Assembly: GCF_018350175.1 (NCBI RefSeq)
Contig: NC_058368.1
Span: 204,850,001-204,914,000, forward strand
Source: Felis catus
Lineage: Eukaryota
Direction: 5' to 3'
DNA length: 64,000 nt
Shown here: in pieces, positions 37,731-47,614 of the stretch
Layout of the letters: every line of letters begins with the position of its first letter
How positions within the stretch are numbered: the stretch's first letter is position 1
Notes under the pieces: model-generated
Told to the model about the DNA's origin: nothing
Databases searched by the model: none
Seen by the model: the letters and a program-made list of their open reading frames with translations, nothing else
Position numbers and translations under genes: made by a program

Positions 37731-38657
37731 AAAGTGTTGACCTTTTCTAAGACTTCAGAAAACCTAGAAGAAAGTGAAAAGCACACATGGACGAGAATCA
37801 AAACTATGAAGTGTTTCTTGAACGCAAATTATAATCTCCATTGACATTCTCAAAATGTATGAGCCCCTTAAATAATCAGAAAACTAGCCTTTCATTCAAA
37901 GAACAAAGTTTGGAAACCCAAATTATATCTCACATGTTCAGCTAAGGAGTATGCCTTCAGTACACTAACATTCATATGTTCAGTTTTGTTTTTTTTTTTT
38001 TTTTTGTTTTGGCAGTTGACAAGAAGTTAATTTGCTTAAGGAAAATCCCTCAGTCAAGCCTTTCTAGCTTTTCCTTGCCGTTTTAATGTGGTTCATGCTA
38101 TAGCCCCACAAACGTGTTACTCCAGTATAATCTGCAGTGTCCTAACTAAAGTTACTGACCGGATCTTATCTGCACAGTTTTTGTGTCCTGTTTGCTTCTT
38201 GAATCTGATTAACCAGAATATTTCTCTTACCTCTTTTTAATATGTGAAGTCACTTGACCTAATTTATGTGTAGAAGCACTACACCATGGGTTTCAATCTT
38301 TATATTCTGTGTAAAAACAAAATCCAATTTACATAATAAAATCATTTCTCTCAAAATTTAAGTCATTTTCAGATAAAAAATAAACATGCATTTCTGATAC
38401 GCAAAAAAATCTGTTTTTTCTGATAATATTTTATGAACTCCAGCACAAGGAAAGGGGTTTTGTTTAGAGTAGAAAGGAGAAGGATGAAGAAGTAGAGGAA
38501 AGAGGGAGCAAGGGAAATTAGGGCAGTTAGGGGAAAGAGTGAGGTGGGAGAAGAAAGAAAGCAACTGGCTGTTATCAGAGATTTACATTAAAAAAAAAAA
38601 AAAAAAAGAGAGACCTGACTCTCAGCCTCTTAAAGTTAAAAAGAACGGCATGCTAAC

Positions 38658-38875
38658 AAATGGTCCGGCAGACATTCCTGAAGTAGAAGCTGGATTTTCA
38701 TAGGGTTTCCTCTGGGCTTTACCGCGAGAGGTTTTTAGATGCCCTTTTTCATTTAGTCATGTGTGCAAGCAGACCATATTATACAAACTTGGTTAAAATC
38801 TGTCAGAAAGAGGAGGCATGAAGGTGGAATATGGTGAATTTCTTGGTCACTGCTTGGCATGTCTTAATCACTAGT
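38658..38875 (-). other. GHR: Candidate GHR non-coding first exon, liver type (1A/V1/L1 orthologue); both ends approximate
   Basis: Lies directly downstream of TATA/HNF4/TG-repeat promoter architecture, ~17 kb 5' of exon 2, as described for the hepatic GHR exon; 'GAGGAAACCCTATGAAAATCCAGC' resembles recalled ruminant exon 1A sequence; candidate donor TTT|GTTAGC is weak. Confidence 0.65.
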
Positions 38876-38897
38876 TTCTCGGACTTGCTGCTTTCAC

Positions 38898-38982
38898 TTA
38901 TATACGGCAGCAAAATCCTCCCCAATCAATTATATTCCCTCTCGTGAGCCCCGCCCCCCTCACATGCGCGCACGTGCGCGCG

Positions 38983-39037
<55 letters not shown>

Positions 39038-39120
39038 CTCTGGTACCAGAAGAGTAGATGAAAGCACACGACCATTGCCTCATATAACAACCTCCCCCCA
39101 CCCCCCGACCTTTGCCCAGA
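38898..39120 (-). promoter_or_regulatory. GHR: GHR liver-type proximal promoter (P1)
   Basis: In transcription order: DR1 TGGGCA-A-AGGTCG (39118-39106), (TG)22(CG)7, E-box CACGTG (38971-38976), GC box GGGGCGGGGC (38957-38948), TATAA (38934-38930), inverted CCAAT (38922-38926), TATATAA (38904-38898). Confidence 0.8.
38961..39037. repeat. Compound (CG)7(CA)22 microsatellite within a 77-bp alternating purine/pyrimidine tract
   Basis: Directly visible. Confidence 0.95.
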
Positions 39121-39324
39121 ACGTCTTTGGGTTCTGCCAACTGAAGTGAAGGCCAGGCCTGGGCTGGAGCCTCGTGAGACCCATCACAACATCACAGTAG
39201 AGCCAGCCAGGCCAGAGGAGAAGGCAGCCAGGTGTTAAAATTCAACAAAGAGTATGAGCTGGACAGGCTGACGACAGTGATAGGCGTAACTAACTCTAAT
39301 CCCGTGGTCTAAGGAGCGCAAAAA

Positions 39325-39445
39325 TGAAAGCTCTCAGAGGGCAGAGGTGTCCATCTGCTATATTCACTGGTGTTTCACTGATGTATACCAAGTGCCCAGA
39401 GTGTAACACTTTGAATACTTGTTAAATGAAGGATAAATGAATGAC
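39325..39445 (+). mobile_element. L2 3' end
   Basis: 'tgaaagctctcagagggcagagg...ttcactgatgtatacc...aatacttgttaaatgaaggataaatgaatga'. Confidence 0.65.
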
Positions 39446-40629
39446 TTCCAAAGCATTAGTGCCCATTGGAAATCTTAACACACTTAACTGTTAAATGTTT
39501 AACCATAGTATCAACGATGCAAAGTAGTGGACTAGAAAATTATTAGTACTACCTACATATTAACTGGATATTTATCCCACTAATAGGATATTTGGGTTGA
39601 CTGGCAGGAGGACATAGTACTGAGATTATGCGGGTTTCTCTTTTGAATTAACTTGTAATAAAGAGAAGTAGGTCTCTCTACGAAAAAAATCACAAGTCAG
39701 CAAAAGGTGCTACACACTCAACATTTAGTGAATTAGGTCCACAAGCAGCACAAGAGACAAAATAACTGCTTTCTAGCTCTGGAGTTTCACCATCTTTCTT
39801 GTTGTTCCTCACATGGTTGGAACATCATGATGATTTCCATCACCGAGTGCGGGCTGAGTTGTTATAAATGCAAGGCTATGTTACTAATATTCCTGTGTAT
39901 GATCAACACTCCCGTCCATACTATTAGTACGAGAAGACTGCTCATGATTTGTGACCACAGCCGGAATTAGCAAGGCCTGTTGGTGGTGAAAACTCCTTTC
40001 TGCCTACTTGGCTTTCCTAAGTTTGTATGCAAGAAACCATTCTATGACATCATCCACACAAAGTCCTATAATATAAGAAAACCTCACAGGGGAACATTCA
40101 CTTGACTAGGTTAATTAACAATGACTAGATAGGAGTCTCATTAATTGTGAATTGGAGGTTAATTTATTATGAACTCATATTTTGGATGTGTAGAGGCAGC
40201 CTTCCTGACGGAGGTCTCTAAAGCACATTTCTGAAGTTGAATTCAGGGGTCCAGAAACACTTCCTCCCTCCACTTGGTGTTCCTGCAGTATTTGTAGCAC
40301 AAGCCAGAAACAGAGGAGTTACCCGGCCATCTTCTCTACCTCCTCTGTCCCCATTTCCTCTGTCAATATCACCTCTTGAGCATCTTGAATTCGTTTCATG
40401 CCCTTATCTTCTGTATTGCTATCACCAAGTCCCAGCCACTCTGTCTCACTTGGACTTCAGGAATGCCCTCTTAACATCCAATAAGACTCCCTCCAATCCA
40501 TTTTTTACACAAAAATTATGTGTTGAAACACAATTGTGATTATGACACCCTTCTGAATAAGACATTCAAATGACTTTCCTTCTCCACAGTACTCATACCA
40601 CAATCCATTAAGGTGGTCTCATATTTACC

Positions 40630-40870
40630 AGTTGTGCTTAATATTCACTCACTCTACTTTCAACTAGTAATGGAATCCAGTGCAAGAAGACATTTCCCAG
40701 CCAACCTTGCAGCAAACTGTGTCACGTGACTCAGTACTGGGTAGGAGGATGTGAGCAGAAGTGGCAAGTGCATCTTTCAGGGAAATGCACATCTCCTCTA
40801 CTTTCCCTTCTCCACTCCCGTTGGCTTGGATGTTGATGTGCTTGGTCACCAAACACATGGATAAGAGCTA
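40630..40870 (+). mobile_element. Old MaLR LTR fragment (MLT1H/I/J-like)
   Basis: 'catttcccagccaaccttgcagc...gtcacgtgactcagt...gatgtgagcagaagtg' is typical of old MLT1 LTRs. Confidence 0.6.
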
Positions 40871-42499
40871 CCTAGATCTGGGGAACACTTCTGGAAGTCA
40901 CTCTGCAGAAGAATCACAGAAAATGTGGGTTTGAACACCGGCAAAGGACCGAGGGGCCAATGGTTTTTTGACCAGCCAGCATAGATCTTTCTAGCTTATC
41001 CTTGAAAGAAGAAGGTCATTTTCACCTAATTTTTTAGGCTCAACTGTAAGGGTAGTTGGAAAGAGTAATTACACAGGACTTGCACAAAAACACAGGCTGA
41101 AATTTTATCCTTAATACCTATTTTTTTTTCTTTCTTTTCTTTTCTTTTTTGAAGAAAGAAAATGTACCTGAATGTATAATGTGACAGGGCTTTTTTTTGA
41201 GTCCTTTATTTTTTTTACAAGAGTTATGAATCCTATTAGTGTGCTACAACCAGAAGTATTTTTTACTTTAGAATCTGTGAATTGTTTTATTGGGGGAATT
41301 ATTAAGGCCACAGAAATGACCACCATAGTCAGATAGAAATATTTTGGTCTAATAAGAACATGGGACAACCTATCCCACCCTATCCCAAACCAAATTTCCA
41401 AACCTCAAGTTAGTAAAAACAGTTAATAAACACTGGTTATACAAAGAAGAGTAGGGAAGTATAGGAAATTAGGAAAAGGAGCCTGTCCTGTTAGTGTCAT
41501 GGGTTATATTTTTCCAGGTTTGGGCACCCAGCTTCCCAAAACCAAACTGTATACTGAGCATTGTATTTTGAAATGGTGCCAGTGGGACAAGCATGAGGCT
41601 CTCTGCTCCAAACAGCATTTTATTCACAGATGCTTCATACTTGTACCAAGGAGATGAGCTAAATCAAGAGTAGGAGTATGTGATGCTGGTTTGCAAAATG
41701 ATTGTTTTTCCTGAAGCCAATCTTTATTTTATTTTTCTGATAATAAATGCACAATACTTATGTAGAAGTTTGGTAAGTATTAATACAATGTAAAACAAAT
41801 TATGAACTCCCTTTCTGTCATTCTCTTTCCAATAAAATTTCTAAAGAAAGCTGAAAACAGACCCTATACAAAAAGCTGTCTCATGTTTTTTCTTTTTCTT
41901 TTTCCATCTAACATTAGTGTCTCTTCAGTACCTGCAATTAGATTGCCACTTTATCTAGGAAACGCAGCTTTTAGCAATTCTTTGTTGATTCCAATGAAAT
42001 CAACCTGACTCAGCTAATATGAACTGATTAGATTGAGAATGAAGTCCTAATACCAACTGCTGTCCAATAGTAATTACTTGACATTAAATTTTGGGTGACC
42101 CAAGCAAATTCTATAAGCTTAGAGAAGTTTCAAGTAAGAGGATAGGGAGCTTGAAGACATTATAAAAGAATCCATGAAGGACCCAAGATGTACTGAGAGA
42201 GGGATACATGAGAATGGCTATGCACAGCAGCAGAGATCTGATGTCATTATAGTAAATCCCAATTATATGGAATTATATGGCAGCATCCTCTTCCTTGCTG
42301 GCTAAAAAAGCATAATACCCTCCTGCCCAACCACCACCACCCCAAAATACAAAAACTGAATATAAAATTTAATGGCTGCACTAATTAATATTCCCCCATA
42401 TTCTTGTTTTTCTGTGAGTCACAGCCTATTATACTGTAGGGTCAGTCTAGTGGGCCAAACCTGGCTTTGTTTGCTGGCCTACTTACACAAATAAAATGG

Positions 42500-42838
42500 T
42501 GCTATAAGGCTAAATGTTCATATCTCCTACCCCAATTCATATATTGAAACTTTATCCTCAATGTGATATTTGGAGGTGGGGCCTCTTAGGAGGTGATTAG
42601 GTGATTAGTGCCCTTATAAAAGTGGTCCCAGAGAACTCCCTGTACTCTTCCACCATCTGGGGATATAGTGAAAACAGCTGTCTATGACCCAGGAAGTAGG
42701 TCTTCACCAAACATGGCATCTGCCAGCACCTTGGTCTTAGACTTCTCAGCCTCCAGAATTGCAAGAAATAAATTTCTGTTGTGTATAAGCCACTCAGTCT
42801 ATGGTATTTCTGTTACAGAGCCAGAACAGATGAAGACA
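42500..42838 (+). mobile_element. MLT1A-like MaLR solo LTR
   Basis: TG...CA termini; perfect 5-bp TSD aatgg (42495-42499, 42839-42843); internal 'gacttctcagcctccagaattgcaagaaataaatttctgttg'. Confidence 0.92.
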
Positions 42839-42961
42839 AATGGAGAGGAGAAGGGAGGAGAATAAGATAGTTTCTTCACATGAACCTTTGTGCTGGCCAA
42901 CATGGCACTGCAAGTTTACACTTTGAACTTCCTCCTCTGTGCCAACTACTGCAATGGTAGG

Positions 42962-42962
42962 T

Positions 42963-43004
<42 letters not shown>
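42962..43004. repeat. (TTTA)n microsatellite
   Basis: Directly visible. Confidence 0.9.
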
Positions 43005-43006
<2 letters not shown>

Positions 43007-43599
43007 ACTAAGACATTAGTACTGGAAAATGTTAAAGAGCAATTACAAGCCATGGAAGGCAGATTGAGGAGCTCCAACCCACAAATGGTGGGAGTTCCAG
43101 GAGAGAATTTAATTCAACTGCAAGAATCATTTTTGGAAAAGGTTATTATTAATTTTATAAAATTAAAAGAATGGAATGAGTTTTCAGATTAAAAACCCAC
43201 AATACTCACCGAGGATTATAAATAAAAAGTAAATTCACAATAGGGCATCATGATAAAGAAAAACTCTTTAAAGGGACTTCAAGTAAGAGGCCGATTATCC
43301 ACTAATGAATTCAAACATACCAGTAGAAGATTTTTCCTCAGCAACAACAAATGTCAAAACACAAATGAAAACCTTTAAGTATCAGAGAAATAACCATCCA
43401 TTTATCATTTGATACCTAGCTAAACTGTCACTAAGTCTTGTGGTGGAGGGAATATGAAAAGTTTTCTACCTAAAGATTCTAATTTAAATAATTATTAAAA
43501 GAACTATTTTTGCAAGAAGACATCAATCATTTTAAAAATATACTGAAAGTATTTTTTAAAATGTTCTATCCCAACTATTCCAGTTATTATACCTATATT

Positions 43600-45022
43600 T
43601 GTTGACCCATTTCTCTGCCCCCCATTTAAAGCCAAACTTCTCAAAGGAATTACATTAGACTCTTATTCTCAATTCCTCTTTGTCCACCTTCCTAAACCCA
43701 TTAAAGTTAGGCCTTAACCTCCACCACTCCAATGACATAGATTTGTCCTTGCCACTAATGACCTCTACATTGCTAAATCTAGTGGTTAGTTCTTAATCAT
43801 CTCATTTGATTTATTAACACCCAACATAATGGATCACTCTTTGAAACACTATCATAATTTGGTATTTTGACACTATTCTCCATTTATTCTACTACCTCAC
43901 TGGATACTTCATCTTGGTCTACTTTGTTGTGTCATCTTCATTTCCCAGTCATGTGACATTGGAATACCCTTAGTCCTTATCATCCACTCTTCTCTACCTA
44001 CACTTATTCCTAGGTGATTTCATTTGTAATATGTCATTAATATCATCTATATGATTATGTTCTCCAAATATATAACTTTAATTCAAAACTCTTCCTTGAA
44101 CTATAGGCTTATACATCCAATTGACTAAAAATCCCCTTGGGTGCTTGATAGGAATCTCAAATTTATAAATCTATAAACAAACTTTTGATTTTACCCTCTT
44201 AACCTTTTCATTCCACAGTGTTGGTCATTTCATTAAATATCACCTTAATCCTTTCAGATTCTCAGGCCTTTCAGTCATACCTTGAAAACCAATCCATCAA
44301 CTAATTCTCTTAGATATACTTTCAAATTATATCCAGAATGTGATAATTTCTTTCTTTCTTTATCTCCCTCACCCAAGTCACCAATATTTCTTATCTGGAT
44401 TATTATAAACATTTCTTAATTAGTCTACATGCTTCTGGTCTTGAAAACCCTTATCCCCAAATATATAAGTCACCCATCAAGATCTTGCTAAAACAAGAAC
44501 ATGTCAGGTTTTTTTGTTCAAGACCCTCAGATGGCATCCCATCTCACTTAGAGTAAATGCCAAAGTGCTTACAGTGGTCTAAAAGTCTTACTTGGTGTCC
44601 TTTGACCCTCTCCCCCCACCATTAATCACTATCTCTGCCTTCATCTACCACACTTTTCCTGCCCATTCTGCTCCAACCACACTGGACTCTTTGATGTTTC
44701 TTGAAGACCCCATGCAGTATATGCTATTCCCTCTGGGATATTTTTCTCCCAGGTTTTCATCAAATAGCCATTAAAATATCACTTCGTCTTTGAGCTCTTC
44801 CCTGAAAACCCAGATTAATAATAACTCTTATATCTTATTCTTCTCCATAGCACTTATCTTTATTTGTTTTCTGATTTTTATTTATCTCCTTTTACTAGAA
44901 TGTCAATTATATGAGTTCAGGGATTTTATCTGTTCTGTTCACTGCTATATTTCCAAGCACTTATAACCACAGCAGGCCAATAGAAGACATACAATAAGGA
45001 TTTATTAGATGACTAAATAAAT
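43600..45022 (+). mobile_element. L2 LINE (~1.4 kb, RT region to 3' end)
   Basis: 'ccaccactccaatgac...ctaatgacctctacattgctaaatc...tctcacttagagtaaatgccaaagt...ctgttctgttcactgctatattt' L2a-like. Confidence 0.8.
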
Positions 45023-45689
45023 GGTGAGGAAAAACAAAGGTAAAACATGATAGCCAACTCAAACAAATATTGTTTGTAAAAACAATATAGGCCACATTTT
45101 CTACTGATCAAAAACGGTGAAAGAAAATTTTAGATGAGGAAAATAGGTGAGTTTATCTCAAAGAACAATTAAAATGTGTTAGATTTTCTACTTTGTTTGG
45201 GAGAAGGATAGATAATCTGTGTGAAATGGTAACACTAATGTTGCTTGATGTGGGAGTGAGCCGCCCAGCTGAGGGGTGCATGGGTACATGGGTGTAAGGT
45301 CAGCACTGATGATGTGGCTGTTGCAGGCTTCTGCTGCCTTAAGAATTAGCACAGTTGTTAGGGGACCCACATCAGGGAAGACTGAGAAGGTCACACCCCA
45401 CCCAGATCTAAGAAGGGAAAGAGAAGATGAGCATAATCATGGTCTTGGGAAAGTGGCAGGCCTCACATAGTTTAGGAACAGATGTTATAGACTCATGTTC
45501 TGTGGATGTTTTTTCTCAGTAGGCAGAAATGAGAATCATTATTGCCAGGTAATAACTATACGTATTCGAAAAAAACGAAAGAAAAACCTTTGCATTTTTA
45601 GCTTTGCAAAGAAACATTTCTGAAGAGTGATTATTTAAGTCAATACCTAAAAAAAAGCAAGTCTGCCGAAATATGCTTCAAGACATTGT

Positions 45690-47140
45690 GGGGGAAAAAA
45701 AGCCCCAAAAGATAATACAATAGAAACATCCTGTACAAGTAACATTTAGACCAGGAATGCAAGGACAGTTCAATATCAGAAAGATTTAGCAATATAATCT
45801 ACTGCATTAATAATTTTAAAGAGGTAATCAAATGGTCATTCTACCATGCAGAAAACCAGTGTTTATAATTTAACATTTATGATAAACTCTTAATAAACGA
45901 GAAATCCAGAGTTTTCTGAATCTGACAAAAATATGTCACCCAAAAACCTGTACCTAACAGCATACTTAAAATGAAACTTTTCAAGCATTCTCACAATTAC
46001 GTGGCACAAGAAAAAAATGCCTATTATAAAGGCATACTATTTGCATGGCATGATACCTTATAAGGATAGGAAAGTTGAGATCAACAGGGAAAAAAAAGCC
46101 TAGAAACGTTTAAAGCATATATATGATCTTAGAACACAGCAGAAAAGGCACTGCAAATAATGGAGAAAGAATAGAGCTCAGTAAATGGTATTGAGACAAC
46201 TGGTTTTTCATATGGAATAAAAATAGATCCATGCTTTACACCACATATACAAATTAGCTCCATGTAAATTCAATGTCTACACATGTAAAACAAAACTTTG
46301 AGAAGTAAATTAAAGCAATTTAGAGTACAGGAGGGATTTAAATATAATATAATCATGGAGGAGAAAGTGATTGCTTAAGCAAGGCACAAAATGCAAAATA
46401 ATAAAAGAAATTTAACTTTATCAAAATTTTAAAATTGTGTTAAAAGAGGTCATGAAAAAAATTAAAATGCCATCAACAGACAGGAGGCAAAAGTTTCAAC
46501 AATATATTTTTCAATATATGAAAAAGTATGAGTCATATGTATGAAATATAAACACATATATTAAAATACATATACATTAGGATCATACACATTTACACGT
46601 TTTTGTAAATCAGTAAAGAGAACAGACAATAAAAGAGTAAACAAAGAGTAGAAATAGATAATTCACAGAGGAGGAAATCCTAATGGCCCTATAAAAATGA
46701 TGTTCAATTTTACGAATAATCAGAGTAATGAAAATTAAAACAATGAGATACTGATTCACATCTACCAACCCACACATAATTAAGTCTGATAATAAGTGTG
46801 AGCAAGGACCTGGTGGGAGTGTAAATTGGTAAGAGAGCACTATGGAGAGCAATTTGTTAGTGTCTACCAAACACGAAAATGCACATACCCTATGATGTGG
46901 TAAGCCCACTGATATATACTCCAGAAAAACTCTAGTACATGTATCCTAAAGGAAATGTCTAAGGGTATTGATTTCAGTACAACTTATTTTTGTAAAACAA
47001 TTGAATCATTTTAAATTTTCAGTAGTATGGGAATGGATAAGTTGTAATATTTTCATGAGATGGAGTAATATACAGAAATTTTTAAAAGAATGAGCAAGGG
47101 GAATATAAAAAACATAAATTCTGAAAACAGAATGTTTGAT
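45690..47140 (+). mobile_element. Old L1 (L1M/L1ME-like) ORF2 and 3' fragments; related fragments probably at 43020-43550
   Basis: A-rich, with 'ccaggaatgcaaggacagttcaatatcaga', 'gtaaatggtattgagacaactgg', 'ggtgggagtgtaaattggta'. Confidence 0.65.
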
Positions 47141-47194
47141 AGCAAAAGTAGTGATTGCCAGAATACCACAGTCCATATTTGAAGTAAAACATAT

Positions 47195-47404
47195 GGGGAT
47201 ACCTGGGTGCTCAACTCAGTCAGTTGAGTGTCAGACTTTGCCTCAGGTCATGATCTCCTGGTTCGTGAGTTTAAGCTCCACATCGGGCTCACTGCTGTCT
47301 GCCTGTCAGTGCAGAGCCTGCTTCAGATCCTCTGTCCCCCTCTCTCTGTCCCTCCCCCCACTTGCGCTCTCCTAAAAATAAATAAATATTTAAGAAATAA
47401 TAAA
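47195..47404 (+). mobile_element. Can-SINE (older copy)
   Basis: GGGGATACCTGGGTG...tcaggtcatgatctc...(CT)-rich linker...aataaataaa. Confidence 0.88.
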
Positions 47405-47419
47405 GCGAAATATATGAAA

Positions 47420-47614
47420 ATTTTATTTATTTTTTTTGAGAGAGAAAGTGTGCAAGTACATGTGCATGAGACAGAGAGGGAGAGAGAGAAGCCCAAGCAG
47501 TCTCAATGCCCAGTGCACAGCCTGACATGGGGCTCAATCTCATGACTGTGAGATCATGACCCGAGCTGAAATCAAGAGTCAGACGCTTAACTGGCTGAGC
47601 CATCCAGGCATCCC
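47420..47614 (-). mobile_element. Can-SINE (older copy), tail-to-tail with the previous SINE
   Basis: Minus strand GGGATGCCTGGATGGCTCAGCCAGTTAAGCGTCTGACTCTTGATTTCAGCTC. Confidence 0.88.

Noticed and set aside
38898..39149. Overlapping ORFs across the promoter microsatellite
   Set aside because: Low-complexity VC/HT/RA translations of dinucleotide repeats
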